From: Candidatus Poribacteria bacterium
GTDB taxonomy: Bacteria > Poribacteria > WGA-4E > WGA-3G
Reading direction: 5' to 3'
Assembly: GCA_965205025.1 (NCBI GenBank)
Contig: CBDBFU010000014.1
Span: forward strand, 32,001-96,000
DNA length: 64,000 nt
Part shown: positions 1-8,150 of the stretch, piece after piece
How positions within the stretch are numbered: the first letter of the stretch is position 1
Layout of the letters: the number at the start of each line of letters is the position of its first letter
Position numbers and translations under genes: made by a program
Notes under the pieces: generated by a model
The model's input: the letters and a program-made list of their open reading frames with translations, nothing else
What the model was told of the DNA's origin: nothing
The model's database searches: none

Positions 1-2
1 AG

Positions 3-251
3 ATTACGTCAGGTCATATAGATGAAAAGCAGGCGCAGCAGGTAGTATCTAAATTACATTCAGGCAAAAGTTATATCAATGCCTTGGATGAATTGTCTCC
101 TAAATCAAACGACAGTCAAGTCTCAAATAATGAGCTTAATGAAGTTATTGAGCGACTTGATAAAATTGAACGCAATATTGAAGTCATTACCTTATATTTG
201 AGTATAAAAATTGATGACAAAGGTAGAATAATTAAACTGCCAACTGATTGA
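3..251 (+). CDS. 3' end of a hypothetical protein (truncated by window edge)
   Basis: Frame 3 is open from position 3 to TGA at 249-251 (ITSGHIDEKQAQ...LNEVIERLDKIERNIEVITLYL...LPTD*), with a coiled-coil-like tail. Confidence 0.6.
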   Translation: MTSGHIDEKQAQQVVSKLHSGKSYINALDELSPKSNDSQVSNNELNEVIERLDKIERNIEVITLYLSIKIDDKGRIIKLPTD

Positions 252-915
252 AACTAATGGGATGATTCCTAAAATAGTTGGATTGATTAAGGAGTCAGAA
301 ATCTGTCTTATAAGGTAGATCGTGATGCTATCATTATGAGATAATATTTGTGTCTAATAAAATCAAATCGAAATGGTTTTTTATGAATGAACTTGCTTGA
401 TTTCCTTAGTTCCACTTTCTATGAGTTCAACTTTCTGTAGTGTGCTATTTTTGTGGGATTCCATCTATCTACATATTGACCATAGATCAAGTTATATTGC
501 TGAACCAAACCACAAAGTTTTCAGAATATGATCTTGAATTGCGAAGGTATCCTGCCGAGTGACCAGATTCCAGACTATACAGAGAATTTAATGAGAACAC
601 TCCCACAGTATCCGCGAAGTATAAAGTTGAACTAACAAGGGGTGCAGAACTGATTGAAGAATTCTTTATGGTTCTGGATGTGCCTGTAGTCAGTTTACAG
701 ATTGGGAAATGTACCAAGCGGTTGATTGACACATGAAAAGTGAATTAATTCCGTACTTAAGTAAACTTTAGAAAGAAGGGCTTGTTAGTATTATTGGTAT
801 GGTTGAAAATGAATTTGGAGGGAATGTTGCTGTTAGGATTATTTGATTGAATTGGTGCTGGAGGGTAATTCGGGAATAGAGTAAAAGTAGGAACGTATTA
901 TGGAGGTGAATAATT

Positions 916-1509
916 ATTGATACTTTAATTAAAAGTGTAAGAAGGTCATACCGTAGTTCGCTTTCAAAACACAACTTAGAGGGTCGTAAGCATCGGGCAA
1001 TTAGGGAAGCGAAAATAATAAACGATCAGACAATAGAAATAAAAACATTCCAACTCCATAGATTTAGACGAACAAAGGTGTTTTTAGCTAGAGAGAAATT
1101 TGGTTTTGTATTCCTATTCTTTTTAACTGATATATTGTTACCAATCTTATTGTATGATAATTCGTGGTTAGTTTGGCTTTTGTTATTTTATTTGAATATT
1201 ATACTTTTCTGTTTAATATTTCACTTAAGACATTTCCGACAAACGGGTTTAATGACAGTAGGTGATGAATATATGTTAATTGTTGGATGGACTTTTGTCT
1301 ATGGGGGTGGTTTTACTTTAATATTATACTACCCAGTACCTTTAATTCGTGCTGAAATGGTGTTATTTACCCTTTGTTTGACAATAATAGGTGTTTTGTT
1401 AATTTGGTTTCAATGGATAGAACTAAATATCGCCAAAGGAAAAAGAAAAAATACAATGCCGCTTCCCCGTTTATATGAATTTTTATTTAATAAAAATAGC
1501 AAACCGTAA
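916..1509 (+). CDS. Multi-pass membrane protein of unknown function; start uncertain (ATT 916 or GTG 1078)
   Basis: About four hydrophobic segments. Frame is open from 910 to 1509. Strong SD GGAGGTG at 902-908 precedes in-frame ATT codons at 913 and 916. Confidence 0.55.
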   Translation: MDTLIKSVRRSYRSSLSKHNLEGRKHRAIREAKIINDQTIEIKTFQLHRFRRTKVFLAREKFGFVFLFFLTDILLPILLYDNSWLVWLLLFYLNIILFCLIFHLRHFRQTGLMTVGDEYMLIVGWTFVYGGGFTLILYYPVPLIRAEMVLFTLCLTIIGVLLIWFQWIELNIAKGKRKNTMPLPRLYEFLFNKNSKP

Positions 1510-1537
1510 CCAATGTCATGTATTTTGTGCAAAGGTT

Positions 1538-2050
1538 TGTACTGCCATCGGATATTTAGAACACAGTCTAAGATAAGTTTGTGATACAATTACAGTCTAA
1601 TTGAAAGGATTATCCGATGGCAAAACGTAGAAGATTTACACCAGAATTTAAAGTTGAAGTTGTTATTGAAGCACTTAATGCATAGAGTTTACAAGCAGAA
1701 CTTTGTCGACGACGTAACATTAGTCAAGTACAACTTTCAAAGTGGAAACGTCAACTCCTCGAAAATGCGACGACCCTTTTTGAAACTATTGACAATCAAT
1801 CTAACGATGCTATTGAGCGAATTGCGCACCTTGAACAAATTGTTGACAGGTTAACCCTGGAATTAGACATCCAAAAAAAGCATTGAATTTGTTGGATTAA
1901 AACCAACTATACAGGGAGAAACGATTACGGCATTACGCAAAGATTACAGCGTCCTCACTCAGCATTATGCTATTTGACCCCAATTGAATTTGAACAACAA
2001 TTCTTATCTTAACTTTTCTAATTTTTGGTCTAAAAACCGTTGGTACTTCA
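1538..2050 (+). mobile_element. Internally deleted IS3-family element (about 513 bp)
   Basis: Imperfect terminal IRs TGTACTGCCATCGGATATTTAGAACA and (reverse complement) TGAAGTACCAACGGTTTTTAGACCA with TG...CA ends. Contains an orfA remnant, an A7G slippery site, and only the OrfB C-terminus RPHSALCYLTPIEFEQQFLS*. Confidence 0.85.
1617..1886 (+). pseudogene. IS3 orfA (HTH transposase subunit) with premature TAG
   Basis: MAKRRRFTPEFKVEVVIEALNA*SLQAELCRRRNISQVQLSKWKRQLLE...LEQIVDRLTLELDIQKK. Confidence 0.85.
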
Positions 2051-2079
2051 ATACTAAATGCAAATACAAGGAAGACTTT

Positions 2080-2727
2080 ATGACATCAGAATATGAAATG
2101 CGATTTCCATTTACTACTCAGAAAGAGATTCTTGATTGGGAGGCATACTACATTAATGATCTTTCGGAAAAAAGTCAAAGCAGAGAACAAGCCGTCATAG
2201 ATCTCAAAAAAGAGGTAATAGGGCGCGTGAAACCTGATACACTAAAAGGTTATCTGTGTAAAACTGAATTGCTGCAGATGGCACAATGGAAATCTCATTA
2301 TACTCCAAGCAAGATAGATAAAAACCCAGCAGGACTTATAGAAGATGTAACCGGTGAAGCATTTAGTATTGATGACGATTGGGAGAAACTTCAAAAGTTA
2401 AGTAATGAACTAACAGGTGTAAGAGAGTCTGTTGCATCCGTGATCCTACATCTCTATGACCCGATGAAATATCCTATTCTTGATAAACACGCGCTTAATT
2501 CCATTGGAATCGACAACTCACAAGTTAACTACGATGAAACTTTATGGGGTGAATATATCAATCTGTGTCGTGTGGAAGCCGAACGTTATGACGTTTCGAT
2601 GCGAACACTTGATAGAGCATTATATAAATATTCACAGAGTGGAACAGTATCAGCACTTAAAATTATTTCTGATGAATCACTCATTCTTGAGCTTAAACGC
2701 CGAGGTAATAAGCTCAAGTCTCGGTAA
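2080..2727 (+). CDS. Helix-hairpin-helix (HhH-GPD/glycosylase-like fold) protein
   Basis: ELLQMAQWK, LTGVRESVASVILH, YPILDKHAL and MRTLDRALY motifs. ATG 2080 follows AAGGA; the ORF-track start at 1984 lies inside the IS. Confidence 0.6.
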   Translation: MTSEYEMRFPFTTQKEILDWEAYYINDLSEKSQSREQAVIDLKKEVIGRVKPDTLKGYLCKTELLQMAQWKSHYTPSKIDKNPAGLIEDVTGEAFSIDDDWEKLQKLSNELTGVRESVASVILHLYDPMKYPILDKHALNSIGIDNSQVNYDETLWGEYINLCRVEAERYDVSMRTLDRALYKYSQSGTVSALKIISDESLILELKRRGNKLKSR

Positions 2728-2787
2728 TGAAAATAGACGACTGTTAAGATCGTCAAGATCTGTAAACACGCGATGAAAGGGAAAGAA

Positions 2788-3672
2788 ATGCATTATAGAA
2801 CACTAACAGAATCAGATATAGACCATTTCATAAAGAAGGGTCATATTGTACTTAAAGAGTGCTTTTCAAGAGAATTGGCTGCAGAATGGCGTGAGTTTGC
2901 ATTCAAACGGCTTGGATACGATCCTGATGATCCGACAACTTGGGAAGAACCGCGTATCCATCTTCCATCAATGAATCGTATCCCAATCCGCGAAATTGCA
3001 CCAAGAGCATGGGATGCCATTTGCGATCTACTCGGTGGGGAAGATAGAATAGCGAATACAAAACCCACTTGGGGAGATGGTTTTATTATTAACTTCGCTT
3101 TAGGTGCTGATTCAGAATGGCAACCCCCTGAATCACTACTTTCTGGTTGGCATAAAGATGGAGATTTCTTCCGTCACTTTTTAGATAGTCCAGAACAGGG
3201 ATTACTCACAATTATCGTTTGGTCTGATATTGAACCGATGAGTGGCGGTACGTTTGTTGCTTGTGATTCCGTTCAGCATGTTGCCCAACATTTGCATTCG
3301 CATCCTGAAGGATTGTTACCTGGAGAAGGATTTGGTCAGTTGATAGGGAAGTGTAAGGATTTTGTAGAGATTACAGGTCAAGCGGGAGATGTTGTGCTTT
3401 TACATCCGTTTATATTACATTCTGCATCTCAAAATCCATCCGGACGTGCTCGTTTTATCACAAATCCACCTGTTTCGCTAAAAGAACCGATGAATTTCAA
3501 TCGTGCTAATCCTGATGATTTTTCACCAGTAGAATTGGGAGTTTTACATGGGTTAGGAAAAGAAAGATTGGATTTTAAACTTACTGCCCCAAGAGAACGT
3601 TTAGTACCGGAACGTGTAAAACGTCAACAAAAGATGATGGAAGAACAGAAGAAAAGACTTGGAATGAATTAA
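2788..3672 (+). CDS. Phytanoyl-CoA dioxygenase (PhyH) family Fe(II)/2OG dioxygenase
   Basis: LT..DIDHFIKKGHIV N-terminus, WHKD (HxD) and GDVVLLHPFILHSA motifs. Confidence 0.85.
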   Translation: MHYRTLTESDIDHFIKKGHIVLKECFSRELAAEWREFAFKRLGYDPDDPTTWEEPRIHLPSMNRIPIREIAPRAWDAICDLLGGEDRIANTKPTWGDGFIINFALGADSEWQPPESLLSGWHKDGDFFRHFLDSPEQGLLTIIVWSDIEPMSGGTFVACDSVQHVAQHLHSHPEGLLPGEGFGQLIGKCKDFVEITGQAGDVVLLHPFILHSASQNPSGRARFITNPPVSLKEPMNFNRANPDDFSPVELGVLHGLGKERLDFKLTAPRERLVPERVKRQQKMMEEQKKRLGMN

Positions 3673-3682
3673 CTTTCAGAGG

Positions 3683-4759
3683 TTAGGGATTATTTTCAGT
3701 GTCTAATTGTCTTTTCTGCCATCCGTAATCAACATTACCCTCATAAAATTTATCTGGATGTTCAACTGCCCATATCTGCTTATGGATAATCCAGTTTTTT
3801 GGATCAAGTGCTAAAGCCTTCCGCCATTCAATAATTGCCTCAGACTTTTTCCCTATATCTAACAGAAGAATACCCAACTTAAACCGTGCATGTGCCTCAA
3901 CGATGTTCGGATTTTGAGATTTATCAACTGGCGTAATGTCTTGGAGGAGCGTTGTGTTATAGGTAGGATCATACAACCATTTTTCAAGCATCTCAACGGT
4001 TTGTTTATTGTCTACATTTATGTTGAAAGGTGGTTTAACTAAGCGTCCTACCTCATCAATCATAATGCCGTAGGGAATGGCTTTAAGATTGTAGATGTTT
4101 CCCATGACATTTTCTGCATCAACGAGGGTGACAAATTCTGCGGATGCCTTATCATGCCACGGTTTTACGACGGATGCTCCTTGTGCATCAATTGCAATAG
4201 AAACAAGGTTAAGTTTTTCGCTGTGTTTATCAAAGAATTTCTGCCATCCAGACAGTTGTCCTCGACATCCTCACCATGAACCCCATATATACAGAAGAGT
4301 TTTCTTTCCTTGGAAATCTTGTAGGCGTACAGGTATATCGTTGAGATCTGGTAATGTGATACTCGGTGCCAGTTGTCCGGGACGTATTATCTCTAACTTG
4401 TCTTTTGAATATCTATAAATCTCATATCCGAAAGGTTGCGTAATATTCTCAAGTTTCGTGTAATTAGTGCCATCAATATGAAACACATCAGTGTCCAATT
4501 GTAGCGGGACACACAACTCAGAATCACCTGTTCCACATACTGCCAGCATATTCTGCTCTTCCTGTGCTTTGACAGTCAATCCAAGTTTTTTACAGATGGG
4601 ATCTAATGGAACTAACCATTCACTCTCCTGCAAGATAGCAGGGGAAGGGAAGTCAATTATCTGATTATCAATTGAAACCGCAAACTTTCTTATAGGTTCA
4701 GCATTAGCTGCTATACCGATAGACATAATTAGTATAATCGGGAGAATCAACTTTATCAT
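3683..4759 (-). CDS. Exported peroxiredoxin-like/redoxin selenoprotein (UGA=Sec at 4271-4273): signal peptide, stalk-like domain, Trx fold with U-G-C, TPR
   Basis: ORFs 4271..4759 and 3683..4105 are in one frame, separated only by a TGA in APSITLPDL...KTLLYIWGSW*GCRGQL. SECIS-like hairpin CTGTC-TGGAT-GGCAG starts 15 nt after the UGA. Confidence 0.85.
4241..4255 (-). promoter_or_regulatory. Putative bacterial SECIS element
   Basis: mRNA reads UGA-GGAUGUCGAGGACAA-CUGUC UGGAU GGCAG: a 5-bp stem with one G-U pair and G in the second loop position. Confidence 0.65.
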
Positions 4760-5124
4760 AGAGGTTTTCTCTTGCGATGTTTCGCATCGTAGACTAAGAA
4801 TTGGATTATCTTTTCAGCTGTTTTCGGATTGAGACCTGAACCGGGTTTTCGCCGCATCTTATGAACATACTCTCGCCATTCTTCTGGAGGGAAAGACGAA
4901 TTTATGGGTCGTGCGACGGTATGACAACGACTGCATTTCTTGGTAAATAGTTGGTAGAGGGTTTGCATCTCCTCTGGGTAGGTAGAAACATCAATAAAAT
5001 TAGGACCATCATCTGCTGGAAAAGATTTTGGGGTTATTTGAGGAGCACGTATTGCAAAATACATTCCTATTCCGACCAACAGGATAACCCCTACCACTGT
5101 AGTCCAAACAATTGCTTGCTGCAT
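4756..5124 (-). CDS. Membrane-anchored monoheme c-type cytochrome
   Basis: N-terminal TM helix, CSRCH heme motif, candidate distal Met (VHKMRRKP). Overlaps the next gene by 4 bp. Confidence 0.8.
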   Translation of the reverse strand: MQQAIVWTTVVGVILLVGIGMYFAIRAPQITPKSFPADDGPNFIDVSTYPEEMQTLYQLFTKKCSRCHTVARPINSSFPPEEWREYVHKMRRKPGSGLNPKTAEKIIQFLVYDAKHRKRKPL

Positions 5125-5156
5125 CTTTGGTAAATCCTGAGTGGATGATACCGGTA

Positions 5157-7001
5157 TTAGATTATCTCTTTCACCGTCTGTATAATCGGATTCGCACTAA
5201 TACCGTAAAGTTCCAACAATTCTTCAGGTTTACCAGATTTTGGTATACCGTTGACAGCGAGTTTGTGGACGGAGATCCCTTTCGTTGCTACAGCATCTAA
5301 AACAGCATCCCCTAAACCACCTTCAGGATAATGATCTTCTATAGTTATAAGCGTATTGTTTGTATTTTCTGCAGCACTTATAAGTGTTTCTGAATCCAAA
5401 GGTTTAATACTATAAAGGTCTATGAGTCTAACATAAATGCCTTCCGATTTAAGTGTCTCGTATGCCTTTAAAGCTTCGTGTAGTGTTACGCCAGCAGTTA
5501 CAATCGTAACTTTGTCATCAGAATTTTCACGTACGACTTTACAACCTCCTATGGGAAATTCCGCGGTTGCATCATAAAGGATTTCTGTTTTGGGTCGTGA
5601 AGTACGTATATATACAATTCCTTCGTGATCTGCAGCTGCAGCAACCAGCCGTTCTGCGGAAACAGCATCACTTGGATATAGCACAACTGCCCCAGGAATT
5701 GCTCTGAACATGGCAATATCTTCCAAACCCATCTGTGATGGACCATCTTCACCGATCGAAACACCACAATGCGAACCGGCATATTTTATATTTGCCTGTG
5801 AAATAGCGGACATGCGTATTTGGTCATAAGCACGTGATAGAAATGCGGCAAATGTAGAGACAAAAGGTATTTTCCCGCGTTTTGCTAATCCTATACCTGC
5901 TCCAACTAAGTTCTGTTCTGCGATGAACATTTCAAAATATCTGTCTGGATGAAGATCCATAAACTGTTCAGCATAGGTAGAATTCTTGGTATCCCCGTCC
6001 AATGCGACAACGTTAGGGTTAGCCGTTCCAAGTTTCGCAAGACCTGTTCCATAACCGCCCCGTGTTGCTACTTCATCATCCGAACTATAGTCTGGGGGTT
6101 CAACTTCTACAGGTTTAATATTACCATTTTGGATATTCGTCTGATTTGGTGGTTTGATCTGAGTAGGAATATCTGTATGTAGTGGACCAAGTTCAGCTAA
6201 AGCGTTATCAAGTTGTTCACCTTTTTCAAGTGCCTTCCCATGCCAGTTGTCTTCATCGGCAAGAAAGGAGACACCTTTCCCCTTATGCGTCTTTGCAACA
6301 ATCATTGTTGGTTTATCCGTTGATGCGTCGGCTTTATCCAATGCGGTTAATATCTCATCATAATCATGTCCATCAATTCCAATACTTTGCCAACCGAAAG
6401 ATTCAAACCTTTTGCAATATGTATCTATATCAAAGGCGTACATAGTCCGTTGGCTTTGTCCGAGTGCGTTCACATCAACAATTCCAATAAGGTTATTTAA
6501 TTTATAATGAGAAGCGAGTGCAGCGGCTTCCCATACACCACCTTCTGCAGTTTCACCATCACCCAGAAGAACAAATACTCGATAATCCAATTTATCAAGA
6601 TATTTCCCGTTGAGTGCCATTCCCAAGCCAAGGGAGAGTCCTTGTCCTAAAGATCCTGTGGCAACTTCTGTCCATTCAAAGCGGGGTGTAGGATGTCCTT
6701 CAAGTATGCTGTCTATCTGTCTGAGTGTAAGAAGGTCTTCAGTTGGGATGATCCCGGCTTCTGCATAGGCAGCATATAAAAGTGGGGCGGCATGTCCTTT
6801 GGATAAAATGAACCTATCATTGTTTGGGTTTTGAGCATTATTTGTATCATACCGCATTGCATGGAAAAAAATGGCAGCAACAATATCTGCTGCAGATAGG
6901 CATGTTGTTGGATGTCCAGATCCTGCTTCCGATGTAGAGAGGATGGAGTGGATTCGGAGGTTCGTTGCTCTGTGTTTAAGATGTTTTTTCAAAGTATCCA
7001 C
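5157..7001 (-). CDS. tkt: Transketolase (single chain)
   Basis: SGHP, DRFILSKGHA, GSLGQG, GDGE...N TPP-binding motif, IAEQN, HCGVSIGEDGPSQ. Confidence 0.95.
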   Translation of the reverse strand: MDTLKKHLKHRATNLRIHSILSTSEAGSGHPTTCLSAADIVAAIFFHAMRYDTNNAQNPNNDRFILSKGHAAPLLYAAYAEAGIIPTEDLLTLRQIDSILEGHPTPRFEWTEVATGSLGQGLSLGLGMALNGKYLDKLDYRVFVLLGDGETAEGGVWEAAALASHYKLNNLIGIVDVNALGQSQRTMYAFDIDTYCKRFESFGWQSIGIDGHDYDEILTALDKADASTDKPTMIVAKTHKGKGVSFLADEDNWHGKALEKGEQLDNALAELGPLHTDIPTQIKPPNQTNIQNGNIKPVEVEPPDYSSDDEVATRGGYGTGLAKLGTANPNVVALDGDTKNSTYAEQFMDLHPDRYFEMFIAEQNLVGAGIGLAKRGKIPFVSTFAAFLSRAYDQIRMSAISQANIKYAGSHCGVSIGEDGPSQMGLEDIAMFRAIPGAVVLYPSDAVSAERLVAAAADHEGIVYIRTSRPKTEILYDATAEFPIGGCKVVRENSDDKVTIVTAGVTLHEALKAYETLKSEGIYVRLIDLYSIKPLDSETLISAAENTNNTLITIEDHYPEGGLGDAVLDAVATKGISVHKLAVNGIPKSGKPEELLELYGISANPIIQTVKEII

Positions 7002-7022
7002 TAATTTTCTAATCCTTTCAAT

Positions 7023-7589
7023 TTATGATATTTTCTCTTTCAAGTTGGCAGCGCGTCGTCGGGCTGCAATCATAAGGTAATGCTCTTTACAGGTATTAAC
7101 GAGTGATTCAAAGGCTTTAATTGCTTTTGTAAAATCCTGTGTTTTCACGTATGCTTCAGCTTGCCAATACAAAGATTTTGCCAATATCTCGTTGCTATCC
7201 ATTATTTCCTTTTTCTTTCCTCTTTTCTCACTCTTAATAACCTTACTGAATTGTTGAATTGCATATTCATAATTCTTATCTTCGTAGTATGCTCTTATAG
7301 CGTCTGCATAGTCGAAATTATCTGCTTCTTCATCGGTAAACTCCGGTACAACAACACGTTCAATAATTACAGGTGTATCGTCTTCTAAATCATCCTCATC
7401 GGGATAATCGTCATCATTATCATCGGGTTCTGAATCTTGATAGATGGGTGTTTCTGAATTGTCATCCTCGTCATTATCATCTATAGCGTATGTATCAAAT
7501 TCCTCATTATCAGTATATTCATTTTTGTCATCACTATCGTCAATTTCTTCTTCATCAAAGTCGTCTGTTTCGTCAATCTTGAATTCCAT
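7023..7589 (-). CDS. TPR protein with long Asp/Glu-rich N-terminal region
   Basis: AGGAG SD before the ATG at 7589. About 75 acidic low-complexity residues, then TPR-like helices (AKSLYWQAEAYVKTQDFTKAIKAFESLV). Confidence 0.75.
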   Translation of the reverse strand: MEFKIDETDDFDEEEIDDSDDKNEYTDNEEFDTYAIDDNDEDDNSETPIYQDSEPDDNDDDYPDEDDLEDDTPVIIERVVVPEFTDEEADNFDYADAIRAYYEDKNYEYAIQQFSKVIKSEKRGKKKEIMDSNEILAKSLYWQAEAYVKTQDFTKAIKAFESLVNTCKEHYLMIAARRRAANLKEKIS

Positions 7590-7687
7590 CTCATTCTCCT
7601 GAATATAGTGTTTTCCCATAAACCTGCTAAAATATACATACCTAAACACTTCATTTAGGTGTTGTTTGGTTATAGGTATATTAGAAT

Positions 7688-7717
7688 ATCATACCAGTTT
7701 TCAGGTGATAATGTCAA
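7688..7717 (-). promoter_or_regulatory. Sigma70 promoter for the TPR-tkt-cytochrome-selenoprotein cluster
   Basis: TTGACA-18-TATGAT with extended -10 TG. Confidence 0.6.
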
Positions 7718-7747
7718 GAAAAACCTTGTTATTATCATAAGTATAAT

Positions 7748-7776
7748 TTGCTTAAAATAAATGTCTGAAGTATAAT
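7748..7776 (+). promoter_or_regulatory. Sigma70 promoter upstream of the cobalamin riboswitch
   Basis: TTGCTT-17-TATAAT. Confidence 0.7.
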
Positions 7777-7800
7777 ATAGACGTTACAACATAATATATA

Positions 7801-7973
7801 CGGTTCAGGTGCCGAAGTACGGAGAATAGGGAAGCGCGGTGAGAATCCGCCACGGCCCCGCCACTGTGAACGATTATTACCTATGTCAGGTAATTCCACT
7901 GAATATACCACTGTCAACGGTTGATGGGAAGGTACAGCGGAAAGATCGTAAGTCAGGAGACCTGCCTGGATCG
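7801..7973 (+). promoter_or_regulatory. Cobalamin (AdoCbl) riboswitch
   Basis: AGGTGC, AATAGGGAA-GCGGTGAGAATCCGC, CCCCGCCACTGT, CCACTG...GGGAAGG and the B12-box AAGTCAGGAGACCTGCC. P1 is CGGTTCAGG/CCTGGATCG. Confidence 0.95.
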
Positions 7974-8098
7974 AGTTTCACGAATCTGCTTTCGCGGGAA
8001 AGCGGTGGAACAGATGCACATCAGTATCCTCTGGTAAATAAAGAATACAAGTATATTCAGGATTTCCGGATTCAAAAGACACAGATTGTCGCCTTTGT

Positions 8099-8135
8099 CC
8101 CCTGTCTTTCAGTGAAAGCAGGGGTTTCTTTTTTC
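8099..8135 (+). terminator. Riboswitch-controlled intrinsic terminator
   Basis: CCCCTGTCTTTC-AGT-GAAAGCAGGGG followed by TTTCTTTTTT. CTGCTTTC at 7986-7993 can pair with GAAAGCAG at 8114-8121 as an antiterminator. Confidence 0.8.
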
Positions 8136-8150
8136 ATTACGGAGGTTTTA

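Noticed and set aside
425-736. Plus-strand frame with one internal TGA (560-562), considered as a second selenoprotein
   Set aside because: No redox motif context, no evident SECIS, no convincing start; at most a gene relic
1654-2079. ORF 1654..1854 and the 1984 start of the HhH gene
   Set aside because: Both are off-frame read-throughs of IS3 sequence
7839-8150. 104-aa N-terminal extension of the propeller ORF
   Set aside because: It runs through the riboswitch and terminator; the real start is ATG 8151 with GGAGG
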